A stretch of DNA of 64,000 bases. Origin: Bacteroidota bacterium (GTDB taxonomy: Bacteria; Bacteroidota; Ignavibacteria; Ignavibacteriales; Melioribacteraceae). Below the pieces are notes generated by a model that did no database searches, was not told the origin of the DNA, and saw only the letters and a list, made by a program, of their open reading frames with translations. This document shows, piece after piece, positions 9,380 through 18,864 of this stretch. Position numbers and translations under genes: made by a program. The stretch is from positions 78,069-142,068 of the forward strand of contig JAHJUE010000014.1 of NCBI GenBank assembly GCA_018829205.1, given 5' to 3'. Every line of letters starts with the position of its first letter. The stretch's first letter is position 1.

Positions 9380-11872
9380 ATGAAAAAAATATTATTATCA
9401 TTTCTAATTATTTTCTTTTCAACTGTTCTTTTTGCGCAGGAACAGGTGCTTAATAGTTTCGATCAGGCAGACCCTGATACAAACTATTGGGCGTATTTTG
9501 ATAATCACGGAGGACAGCATTATCAAACAAGCGCAAGTGCAGATTCAGCAAAGGGATGGATTAATATCTCTTATCCAACAGAATATTTTGTAAGCGGGTC
9601 CGGTTCAATGCGTTTGGATTACAGTGCGCAGAATATTGAATCATGGGGCGGTTATACAAAACTTGAACATTGGAACCCGGATTCAAACGGAGTTTATGAC
9701 TGGTCGTTATACGACACTTTGTCAGTTTGGTATTTTAACGTTGTTCCTCAATCAGAATCAGGCAGAATTCACCTAAGAATTAATTTACACGATGTAAGCG
9801 ACGCAACAACCGGCAATAAAACTTATGACGTTACTCAGGTTGAATACTACTATTCATTCCAATATATCCTGGATAACGAACCGGGCTGGAACGAACTTAA
9901 AATTCCACTTGTCAACAACGCCAACTGGGATGGAAACGGTTTTAACTTAACCGGATGGTCTGGCATTGCCGGCAACTCTACTCTTGATCTTGATAAAATA
10001 AAAGGATATTCACTTGAATTTTCTATTAATGGAAGCGGCGACGGTGATTTCGTAACCGGATCTGTAATCCTTGATCAATTAGCTCTAAAAGGAGCTGCTG
10101 AAAATTCTGTTGTATTTTTTAACGGTGCGGCTATTCCTTCTGTAATGGAACAATTTGTTTGGGGCGGAAGTACTGAAATAGTTTTAGGCGCTGGACACAC
10201 TGCATCTTCTCCAAACGCTATTAAATGGGTGCAAAGCGATGCATGGTCGGGTACGGGATTTAATTTCGGTCCGGTTAACCTTTCACTAAGATGGGATCTT
10301 GATTCATTAAAATTTTATATGAAAACAGAAGTTGGTACAGGTAAATTAAGACTTCAATGGGAAGACGGAACTGCGAAAGTCGGCCTTAACTTTGACCCAA
10401 TTGCGGACAACGAATGGCATTTATATTCTTTCCCATTAAACACTATGACTACAGAATTTGACGGAACAACAGGATTTAATAATAAAAATGTTGTGGTATT
10501 CCAAATTTTAACAGAAGGTACAGGTTCAGGCAAGGTCGCTTATTTGGATGACTGGTGGACTGGCAACCCTTCATTTGACGTAGTTGCGCCTGCCGAACCA
10601 GCTTTGGTAACGGCAGCAGGCGGTGATTTCGTTAATTTAGTTACATGGACCGATGTTCCGGGCGAATCTAAAGAAGTATACGATGTTTATTATAGCCTTA
10701 ATGAAATTACAGATTTGACAGCTCCCGGTGTTGAAGTAGTTCAATTCGGAGTTGAAGAAGGTCTCCAAGTTGTTGAACATGTATTAATTGCCCCCGCAAC
10801 TAATCAAGAATTAACTTTCCATTACGCTGTTGTTTGTAAAGACGCTGCCGGCAATGCAAGCGGAATTTCGAAAAGTGATCCAATTACAAATACAGCCAAA
10901 GGAACTACTGTAATTCATCCAACAGCGCCTTCAAATTTTGTTGCTGACGGCGACTTAAGCGAATGGAGCGGTATAACTCCTTTCAGAATGTATTCTTCTG
11001 ACGGAAGCGGTTCAATTGTTACCAACCAGGTAATTGACGGCGATAACGATGCCTCTGCAGATGCTTACGTTGCAATGGACGGAGAATACCTATATGTAGC
11101 TTATAATGTAAATGATGATATCGTATCAAGCGATTCTACAATTGCATCTTATTTAAGAGACGCGGCCGATTTATTTATAGCATTATATGACTGGCATGGT
11201 CCTTCGCATACAAGTTTAAAACGCGGCGAAGAACCTGATTATCAATTCAGATTTAATAAAGAAAGCGCTATTATTGGCACAATCGGTGATTATTTATTAG
11301 CTAGACCAGGTGAAGATTATGCTTGGGTTGAAAAATTCCCTTCAGGATATACTGTTGAAGGTAAATTCTCATTTGCCGAAATTTCAGCTGCGGCAACTCC
11401 CGACGATGCATTATTTTCTCCTAGAGTCGGCAAAAGAATCAAAATAGATTTCGCGATTAATGACGCCGACGCTACTGGTTCAAGAGAAGGTATTTTAACA
11501 TATTCTCCTAAAAATGAAGATAAATCTTATCAGGATGTTTCCCGTTGGGTGTATACATGGATCGGAACTGAAATGACAGTTGATGTAGAAGATACCGAAA
11601 CTCTTCCAAGTTCTTATTCTTTATACCAGAATTATCCTAATCCTTTTAACCCGACTACTAATATAAAATTCAGTATTCCTCAATCGGGAATTGTAACTTT
11701 AAAAATATTTAACGTGCTTGGTCAGGAAGTTGCTGTATTAAATAATAATTTCCTACAGGCTGGTACACATAATTTTAGCTTTGATGCAGGTAATTTGTCA
11801 AGCGGAGTTTATATTTATCAGATTACGGCAAATAATTTTGTAAGTTCAAAGAAAATGTTATTAATTAAATAG
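9380..11872 (+). CDS. Secreted multi-domain carbohydrate-binding protein (FN3-like and CBM9-like modules) with a T9SS C-terminal domain
   Basis: Signal peptide and strong RBS GGGAGGAG. CBM9-like segment DGDLSEWSGITPF...DAYVAMDGEYLYVAYNVNDD...YQFRFNK. CTD NYPNPFNPTTNIKFSIP...GVYIYQI. No catalytic motif recognised. Confidence 0.6.
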   Translation: MKKILLSFLIIFFSTVLFAQEQVLNSFDQADPDTNYWAYFDNHGGQHYQTSASADSAKGWINISYPTEYFVSGSGSMRLDYSAQNIESWGGYTKLEHWNPDSNGVYDWSLYDTLSVWYFNVVPQSESGRIHLRINLHDVSDATTGNKTYDVTQVEYYYSFQYILDNEPGWNELKIPLVNNANWDGNGFNLTGWSGIAGNSTLDLDKIKGYSLEFSINGSGDGDFVTGSVILDQLALKGAAENSVVFFNGAAIPSVMEQFVWGGSTEIVLGAGHTASSPNAIKWVQSDAWSGTGFNFGPVNLSLRWDLDSLKFYMKTEVGTGKLRLQWEDGTAKVGLNFDPIADNEWHLYSFPLNTMTTEFDGTTGFNNKNVVVFQILTEGTGSGKVAYLDDWWTGNPSFDVVAPAEPALVTAAGGDFVNLVTWTDVPGESKEVYDVYYSLNEITDLTAPGVEVVQFGVEEGLQVVEHVLIAPATNQELTFHYAVVCKDAAGNASGISKSDPITNTAKGTTVIHPTAPSNFVADGDLSEWSGITPFRMYSSDGSGSIVTNQVIDGDNDASADAYVAMDGEYLYVAYNVNDDIVSSDSTIASYLRDAADLFIALYDWHGPSHTSLKRGEEPDYQFRFNKESAIIGTIGDYLLARPGEDYAWVEKFPSGYTVEGKFSFAEISAAATPDDALFSPRVGKRIKIDFAINDADATGSREGILTYSPKNEDKSYQDVSRWVYTWIGTEMTVDVEDTETLPSSYSLYQNYPNPFNPTTNIKFSIPQSGIVTLKIFNVLGQEVAVLNNNFLQAGTHNFSFDAGNLSSGVYIYQITANNFVSSKKMLLIK

Positions 11873-11878
11873 TTACTC

Positions 11879-11906
11879 TTACCGGAATACAACCCGGTAA
11901 TTAATT
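11879..11906 (+). terminator. Weak terminator-like hairpin TTACCGG-N8-CCGGTAA followed by TTAATT
   Basis: 7-bp perfect stem immediately after the stop at 11872. The T tract is poor, so termination is probably only partial. Confidence 0.35.
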
Positions 11907-11967
11907 GTGGTGAAAGGGGCACTTTATTAAATAAGTGCCCCAATTATTAATAAAAAGAAAAAAGAAA

Positions 11968-14637
11968 ATGAATAAAATAAATATTACTTACAGCCGGACA
12001 CTTCTTTTTTATATAATATTTTTTTCTTTGTTATCCATTGCCTATGCCGGGCAGACTGGTAAAATATCCGGAATTATAACTGACAGCGATACAGGCGAGC
12101 CACTTATCGGAGCTAATGTTATTGTAAACGGTACTTACTTCGGCGCGGCAACTGATATAGAAGGATATTATTATATAAACAATATTACACCCGGAAAATA
12201 TACCATTTCCGCTACAGCGGTTGGATATAGGAAAACTATCGTTGAACAAGTAATTGTTAAAATTGATCAGACAACATATATGGATATTGTTCTGCATCCT
12301 GAATCAATTGAACTTGCAGGGGAAGTTGTTGTTGTTGCTGAGAGACCTATGATTACAAAGGATTTAACCTCGACCAAAGCAACCGTTTCATCATCCGATA
12401 TTGAGCTTATGCCGGTTGATAATATCGACCGTGTTATAAATCTTCAGGCTGGAGTCGTAGATGGTCACTTTAGAGGCGGAAGATCAAACGAAGTTTCTTA
12501 TTTGATTGACGGTATTCCTGTTACCGATGTATTCAGCGGCGATAATTCAATTACTGTTGAAAATAGCTCCGTTAGAGAACTGGAAGTTATCTCAGGTACA
12601 TTCAACGCTGAATACGGACAAGCTCTTTCGGGAATCGTTAATATTGTTACAAAGGAAGGTTCAAGCAAATACGAAGGTTTTGTCTCCGGTTATTTCGGTT
12701 CTTATTATTCCAATAATTCAGAGATATTTCAAAACCTTAATAAATTCAGCACCGACGGAATTGAGGATTTTCAATTTAACCTAAGCGGACCTACACAAGT
12801 TTTAAATGGACTTAATTTTTTCGTAACCGGACGTTTCTTAAATGACGACGGATACTATTACGGTAAAAGAGTCTATAATATTTATGACTCTAATCCTTTT
12901 CTACCTTCCGGCGACGGCGAAAATGTTTTAATGAATTCAAGTAAAAAGTATTCGTTTAACGGAAAACTTACATACATTTTGCCTGATATAAAATTCAGTT
13001 ATTCCTTGTTCTGGGACGACAGCAAAAACAAATATTATGATCACGCATATAAATGGACACCCGATGGAATAAGAACTCATTTTAATAATAATCTTATTCA
13101 TAATTTTCAGATTTCGTATTATCCGTCGCAGAACACAATAACTTCCTTAAAATTATCTTCAAATTTATACAGATTTAAAGGCTACCTATTTGAAGATGAA
13201 TATGATTCAAGATATGTTGAGCCGTCACAGGGAGCAGCGCAATCAGATTATACGTTCAGAACAGGCGGTAATCAAAGCGATAGATATCAAAGAAACACTC
13301 TATCATACATAGGTTTATGGAGCCTTGAATCCCAGGTCTCAAAAGAACATAAGGTGAAAATAGGGGTTGAAGGACAATACCACGATATATTCAACCATTG
13401 GAAAAATATCGTGAATCTTAAAGAAGGACAGGTTGACGATAACGGAAATCTGTTATTCGATCTCGGTTATAGAAACGAAGGCACGGATCAGAATCAAAAG
13501 TTTACAAAATCACCTTATCAAATTTCAGCCTACATTCAGGATAAAATGGAATATGATATTATGGTGATTAATGCGGGACTTAGATTTGACTATTTCAGTG
13601 CTAATGATGTTTTACCTGTTGATTTAAGAAATCCGTATCAAGTATCGCCAAATCCGAATTTCCCGGGAGCCGGGCAAACAAGAAGCGTATCTGCTAAACA
13701 GCAGGTAAGTCCGAGGATTGGAGTTTCATTCCCCATAACAGAAAAAGGCGCGATATATTTTTCATACGGACATTTTTTCCAGATACCTAACTTTGAAAAT
13801 CTTTATAGAAACGATTTATATATAATCAGTCAAGGTCAAAGTTTATCTTCTATTGCAGGCAATCCTGATCTTGACGCTCAAAAAACAATCAAGTATGAAC
13901 TTGGACTTCAGCAGGTAATTTTCCCTAATGTATCTCTGGACTTAACTGTTTATTACAGTGATATTAGAAACCTGCTGGGTACTGAAATAATAAATACTTA
14001 TGAAGGATTTAAGTACGCGAGATTTATTAATAGAGATTACGGAAACGTAAAAGGATTTATTCTTACTCTCGAAAAAAGATTTGCTGATTATTTCGGTGTA
14101 AAAATGGATTATACCTATCAAATAGCAGAAGGTAATTCATCCGATCCGCTTTCTGTTTATAACGATAATCAGTCGAACCCGCCCGTTGAATCTGAAAAGA
14201 AAGTTGTTCTTTTAAATTGGGATCAGCGTTCTACATTTAATCTTTCATCCACTATTGGAACCCCGGGAGACTGGACTATAGGATTAATACTGCAGTATGG
14301 TTCTGGTATGCCGTATACAGAGGATATTCAAATTTCCAACGGAGTTAGATTTGAAAACGGCGGAAGAAAACCAACCTATCTTAATGTTGATTTAAAAGCT
14401 GATAAGTTTTTTGATGTTTTCGGCCTGAATGTTCATACATATCTTTTAGTTTATAATCTGTTTGATATTAAAAACGAAGTCGGTGTGTACGGCACTACTG
14501 GTCGTGCAACGTCAGACTTAAATACAAAATTTGCCGGTGATATTGTGGGGTTAAATACTATTGAAGAATACATTAACAATCCGCAAATGTATTCTGCTCC
14601 AAGACAAATAAGATTGGGATTAAGTTTCGGATTTTAA
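11968..14637 (+). CDS. TonB-dependent outer-membrane receptor with an N-terminal carboxypeptidase-regulatory-like domain
   Basis: CarboxypepD_reg-like GKISGIITDSDTGEPLIGANVIVNG...GYYYINNITPGKYTISATAVGY. Plug region DIDRVINLQAGV...RGGRSNEVSYLIDGIPV. C-terminal barrel ending RQIRLGLSFGF. ATG at 11968 preferred, because the track GTG at 11935 lies inside a hairpin. Confidence 0.85.
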   Translation: MNKINITYSRTLLFYIIFFSLLSIAYAGQTGKISGIITDSDTGEPLIGANVIVNGTYFGAATDIEGYYYINNITPGKYTISATAVGYRKTIVEQVIVKIDQTTYMDIVLHPESIELAGEVVVVAERPMITKDLTSTKATVSSSDIELMPVDNIDRVINLQAGVVDGHFRGGRSNEVSYLIDGIPVTDVFSGDNSITVENSSVRELEVISGTFNAEYGQALSGIVNIVTKEGSSKYEGFVSGYFGSYYSNNSEIFQNLNKFSTDGIEDFQFNLSGPTQVLNGLNFFVTGRFLNDDGYYYGKRVYNIYDSNPFLPSGDGENVLMNSSKKYSFNGKLTYILPDIKFSYSLFWDDSKNKYYDHAYKWTPDGIRTHFNNNLIHNFQISYYPSQNTITSLKLSSNLYRFKGYLFEDEYDSRYVEPSQGAAQSDYTFRTGGNQSDRYQRNTLSYIGLWSLESQVSKEHKVKIGVEGQYHDIFNHWKNIVNLKEGQVDDNGNLLFDLGYRNEGTDQNQKFTKSPYQISAYIQDKMEYDIMVINAGLRFDYFSANDVLPVDLRNPYQVSPNPNFPGAGQTRSVSAKQQVSPRIGVSFPITEKGAIYFSYGHFFQIPNFENLYRNDLYIISQGQSLSSIAGNPDLDAQKTIKYELGLQQVIFPNVSLDLTVYYSDIRNLLGTEIINTYEGFKYARFINRDYGNVKGFILTLEKRFADYFGVKMDYTYQIAEGNSSDPLSVYNDNQSNPPVESEKKVVLLNWDQRSTFNLSSTIGTPGDWTIGLILQYGSGMPYTEDIQISNGVRFENGGRKPTYLNVDLKADKFFDVFGLNVHTYLLVYNLFDIKNEVGVYGTTGRATSDLNTKFAGDIVGLNTIEEYINNPQMYSAPRQIRLGLSFGF

Positions 14638-14685
14638 CCAACCTGCCTTATGCGGGTGAAATGCTATTGCAATACGGAGGAAGTA

Positions 14686-17600
14686 ATGTTTCGTAAATTA
14701 ATTTGTTTTTCATTTTTTATAGTGTCTTTTAATACTTTGTTTGCCCAGGCAACAGAACAGACATTAAAATATAGAAGTGAGGATTACGGAAACGTTCAAT
14801 ACCGCAGAGAAGGTACTATGGACGGAAACCTTGTAAGAACACTTTTTTATAATAACGGCGAAGTTGCTCAATGGCCTTTTTCGCCTTCGGGTGAGTGGCC
14901 TAAAGGAAGTGGGCATAATTATCTTGACGGGGTTTGTGTTCTAATCGCGTCCGAAATTGAAACTAATGGGGGAATTGTTCATCCTCTTGAAACTTCATAT
15001 AGAGAATGGATGGATAAAGATCCCGTAACAGGAGAAGTTTGGGGCTTGGAACCGGTACCCGGATATACATACCCTTCTTCTGAAAAACCTGCAATTAACA
15101 ATGATCCGACTTCATGGCCCGAAGCCTGGCCTAGCGCGCTTCCTAATATAACATCGGAATGGAACGGTTTCTGGTACGGCTATTTCGGTAGAGGAGTTAA
15201 TAACGCTGATTTTGAAACTTTCTATGTAATGGATGATTCAAAAGACGGTGAGTTTTCAAGGCCGCCTTATAATTATTTCCCAATTGAATCCGATCATAAC
15301 CGTAAAGGATTAGGTCTTAGGGTTGAAGTTAGAGGTTTTCAATGGTCGCATGTTTTAGCCGAAGATATAATTTTTTGGCATTATGATATAGTAAATATTT
15401 CCGATAGAAATTATGAGAAAACTTATTTCGGTTTCTATACTGATACCGGTGTTGGCGGTTCCGGAGATAATGGCGACGATAACGCTTCATTTGATACTAA
15501 AATAGATTTAGCCTATGCTTTTGACGACGACGGATTCGGAGCGCCTGGAAGATTTGTTACAGGTTATTACGGCTATGCTTATCTTGAAAGTCCCGGCGAC
15601 GCTACAAACGGAATTGACGACGATGAAGATGGTATGATTGACGAACGCAGAGACGACGGTATTGATAACGACAATGACTGGTTAACATATCTGGATCTAA
15701 ACGGTAACGGCGAATGGGATGCTGACGAAAATGAACCTTTAAATAACGATGTGGGAGAAGACGGTGTCGGTCCGTTTGATCCTCAATATATTGGACCGGA
15801 CAAAGGTGAAGGTGACGGACTTCCAACCGACGGTGAACCAAATTTTGATAAAACTGATAAAGATGAATCAGATCAAATTGGTTTGACAAGTTTATCAATT
15901 TACAGGCTTGGAGACGGCGGCACAGGCGGCGGATGGCCTAAAGATGATGAGCAAATGTGGCTTAGAATGCAGAAGGCTAATTATGATACCTCTCTGCAAA
16001 GAGCAAATATAAGTATGGTTTTTGCATCCGGTATTTTCCCGTTGAGCCAGAACTTAAGAGAAAGATTTTCTATGGCCCTGGTTTTCGGCAATAATTTTGA
16101 TGATATGGTTTTTAATAAAGAGACCGTACAGCAGATTTACAATGCCAATTATAATTTTTCAAAACCTCCTCTTAAACCGATAGTTAAAGCAGTTCCCGGC
16201 GACGGAAAAGTATTTATTTATTGGGATAATTCAGCTGAAGAATCAAGAGATCCTTTCCTGGGATTTGAAAATAATGATCCGACTCAAGGGTATAAAAAAG
16301 ATTTTGAAGGGTATTTGATTTATAGAAGCACCGAACCGGAATTTAACGATATCAAAGTTATTACCGATTCAAAAGGGGAAGCAAAATTCTGGAAACCTAT
16401 TGCTCAATTCGATAAAATTGACGGCATTTACGGTCCCGATCCCGTTGGAATAAACGGCGCTAGTTTCTGGAGAGGCAATGAAACCGGTCTGCAGCATTCA
16501 TATGTTGATGAAGATGTAGTAAACGGACAGAAATATTATTACGCCGTAGTTTCTTATGATCAGGGCGATCCTTCGTTTGGAACTAAAGGTTTGGTCCCTT
16601 CGGAATGTACAAAAATTATTTCTGAGGATTTTTCGGGAGTATTAAAATTTGTTGATTATAACTGTGCGGTTGTTACTCCTAACGCGCCTGCGGCCGGTTA
16701 TATTCCGCCTCAGGTTAACGGAAACTTCGAAAAAGTTGAAAACGGTATTGGTACCGGTAATTTAATTGTAGGATTACTTAGCGCGGATGAAATAAAAGAT
16801 AACGCTGTTTATAAAATTCTTTTTGAGTCGGCTGGTAATGAACAAAAATATAATACAACAAAATATAAAATTATTAGAACCGCAGGATCAGCTACAGATA
16901 CTTTAATGTCAGTTAATTCTTCAGAAATTGGGGCAAACAAATTTAGTACTCCGTTTGACGGTATGACAATTTCTATTAATAATGATACAACTGTAGCTGT
17001 AATTGATTCTGAAACAGGTTGGTTAATAGGAAGCAGTAATTTAACAATGAATGTATTTGCCGATCAAAGTTCTCCCGCAAAAAATGTTAAATGGCCGGCC
17101 GATTATGAAATTCATTTTTATGCTGAACAAAAAGCAATAACTCCTTTCTTTAAAATTCCGATTAATTTCGAAGTTATAAATGTTACTTCAGGAAAAACTG
17201 TTGAAGCCGAGGTATTTGATAATAACGGCGATAAAACTTTATCAATTGGGGATGAAATTTCTATAATTGAAAGAGTGGGAACCGACTTTAGACTAACCTG
17301 GAGAATTACATATTACCAGCCAGCAGGAATGGGCTTTCAGCCAAGATACCCTGAAGCCGGCGATGTATTTTTGGTTAAAATTAGTAAGCAGTTTGCTACT
17401 GGCGATTATTTTACTTTTACAACAAATTCGTCAAAAATTGACGAAGAAATTGCTAAAGGTGCTTTAGACAAAATTTCTGTTGTTCCTAATCCTTATATAG
17501 CCACAAACAAATGGGAAAAACGAAATTTAAATCAAACCGGCAGAGGTGAAAGACGAATAGATTTCATCAATCTTCCATCTGATTGTACAATTAGGATATA

Positions 17601-17778
17601 TACTGTTACCGGCTCGTTGATAAAAACATTATATAAAAACACAACGCCAACAGACGGAACCGTTACATGGAACCTAGTTTCGGATGACGGAATGGATGTT
17701 GCGTTCGGTTTATATATATATCATGTTGATGCGCCCGGCATTGGTACACAAATAGGAAAATTTGCAATAATCAAATAA
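14686..17778 (+). CDS. Large secreted protein of unknown function (about 1030 aa) with an Asp-rich calcium-binding-like segment and a divergent C-terminal beta-sandwich/sorting-like domain
   Basis: Signal peptide FRKLICFSFFIVSFNTLFAQA after RBS GGAGGA. Acidic repeats DDDEDGMIDERRDDGIDNDNDW...DLNGNGEWDADENE...DVGEDGVGPFD...DGLPTDGEPNFD. C-terminus VVPNPYIATNKWE...IRIYTVTGSLIKTLY...FGLYIYHV resembles but differs from the QNYPNPFN CTDs. No catalytic motif recognised. Confidence 0.6.
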   Translation: MFRKLICFSFFIVSFNTLFAQATEQTLKYRSEDYGNVQYRREGTMDGNLVRTLFYNNGEVAQWPFSPSGEWPKGSGHNYLDGVCVLIASEIETNGGIVHPLETSYREWMDKDPVTGEVWGLEPVPGYTYPSSEKPAINNDPTSWPEAWPSALPNITSEWNGFWYGYFGRGVNNADFETFYVMDDSKDGEFSRPPYNYFPIESDHNRKGLGLRVEVRGFQWSHVLAEDIIFWHYDIVNISDRNYEKTYFGFYTDTGVGGSGDNGDDNASFDTKIDLAYAFDDDGFGAPGRFVTGYYGYAYLESPGDATNGIDDDEDGMIDERRDDGIDNDNDWLTYLDLNGNGEWDADENEPLNNDVGEDGVGPFDPQYIGPDKGEGDGLPTDGEPNFDKTDKDESDQIGLTSLSIYRLGDGGTGGGWPKDDEQMWLRMQKANYDTSLQRANISMVFASGIFPLSQNLRERFSMALVFGNNFDDMVFNKETVQQIYNANYNFSKPPLKPIVKAVPGDGKVFIYWDNSAEESRDPFLGFENNDPTQGYKKDFEGYLIYRSTEPEFNDIKVITDSKGEAKFWKPIAQFDKIDGIYGPDPVGINGASFWRGNETGLQHSYVDEDVVNGQKYYYAVVSYDQGDPSFGTKGLVPSECTKIISEDFSGVLKFVDYNCAVVTPNAPAAGYIPPQVNGNFEKVENGIGTGNLIVGLLSADEIKDNAVYKILFESAGNEQKYNTTKYKIIRTAGSATDTLMSVNSSEIGANKFSTPFDGMTISINNDTTVAVIDSETGWLIGSSNLTMNVFADQSSPAKNVKWPADYEIHFYAEQKAITPFFKIPINFEVINVTSGKTVEAEVFDNNGDKTLSIGDEISIIERVGTDFRLTWRITYYQPAGMGFQPRYPEAGDVFLVKISKQFATGDYFTFTTNSSKIDEEIAKGALDKISVVPNPYIATNKWEKRNLNQTGRGERRIDFINLPSDCTIRIYTVTGSLIKTLYKNTTPTDGTVTWNLVSDDGMDVAFGLYIYHVDAPGIGTQIGKFAIIK

Positions 17779-17794
17779 GAAATTTGGTAATAAT

Positions 17795-18826
17795 ATGAAA
17801 AAGATTCTCTTTCAAATATGTATAATAATTCTTGCTGTTTCCGGATTTAATTTTGGACAAAATTTTGTTTCGGATGTCTCTAAAAGGGGAACAACCGCCG
17901 CGGCGTTTTTAACAATTAGTCAAGGCGCTCGTGCTTCTTCGATGGGAAGCGCGTTTGTCGCCGTTGCTGATGATCCAAGCGCTATTTTTTGGAATCCAGC
18001 CGGTTTGGCGAGACTTCAAAACAGCGGTTTTATAATTGATCATACCGAGTGGGTCGCCGATCTTAAATACAATTTTTTAGCAGGCAGTTTAAATCTTGGA
18101 GAATACGGCGCCATTGGTTTGAGCTTTATTTCTTCGGATTACGGCGATATGAAGGTAACCACAATTGACGAACCTAACGGAACGGGCGAAATATTTAATG
18201 TTACCGACGCAATGTTCAGTATTGCATGGGCAATAAATCTTACAGATAATTTCTCAATTGGTCTTAACCCAAAAGTTATTTACCAGGGTATCTGGAATAT
18301 GTCCGATTACGCATTGGCAATTGATCTGGGAGTACTTTATAACACTCCGTTTAAAGGTTTTACATTAGGAATGGCAATTTCAAATTTCGGATCTAAGATG
18401 GGCTTGGACGGCACAACCGCTGTTGTTCTATATGATCCTGATCAGGCAACTACCGGCAACAACGGACGTATACCGGCAAACCTTCAAACTGATTTGTGGG
18501 ATTTACCTCTTAACTTTAAGGTTGGTGTATCGTATAAACCTGATTTAGGAGATGTTCATCACCTTGTGCTTGATGTTGACGCCGCTCATCCAAACAATGA
18601 TTATGAAAGTATAAATCTTGGCGGAGAATATTCATTCAAAAATATTTTCTATTTAAGAGGCGGGTATAAATCTCTGTTTCTTAATGATTCCGAAGAATCA
18701 TTTACATTCGGCGCCGGTATTAAACAGCACCTTTTGGGGAACGTAAATATTGTTTTCGATTACGCGTATTCGGATTTCGGCAGGCTAAGCAATGTACAGA
18801 AATTTTCAGTTGGTATTAATTTCTAA
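17795..18826 (+). CDS. PorV/PorQ-like outer-membrane beta-barrel protein
   Basis: Signal peptide. N-terminal signature GARASSMGSAFVAVADDPSAIFWNPAGLA, typical of the PorV/PorQ (UPF0164-like) family. Alternating beta-strand pattern ending in F. Confidence 0.6.
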   Translation: MKKILFQICIIILAVSGFNFGQNFVSDVSKRGTTAAAFLTISQGARASSMGSAFVAVADDPSAIFWNPAGLARLQNSGFIIDHTEWVADLKYNFLAGSLNLGEYGAIGLSFISSDYGDMKVTTIDEPNGTGEIFNVTDAMFSIAWAINLTDNFSIGLNPKVIYQGIWNMSDYALAIDLGVLYNTPFKGFTLGMAISNFGSKMGLDGTTAVVLYDPDQATTGNNGRIPANLQTDLWDLPLNFKVGVSYKPDLGDVHHLVLDVDAAHPNNDYESINLGGEYSFKNIFYLRGGYKSLFLNDSEESFTFGAGIKQHLLGNVNIVFDYAYSDFGRLSNVQKFSVGINF

Positions 18827-18864
18827 TTGATTCCGGACTATTACGAATTTTGTAAAGGTATATC

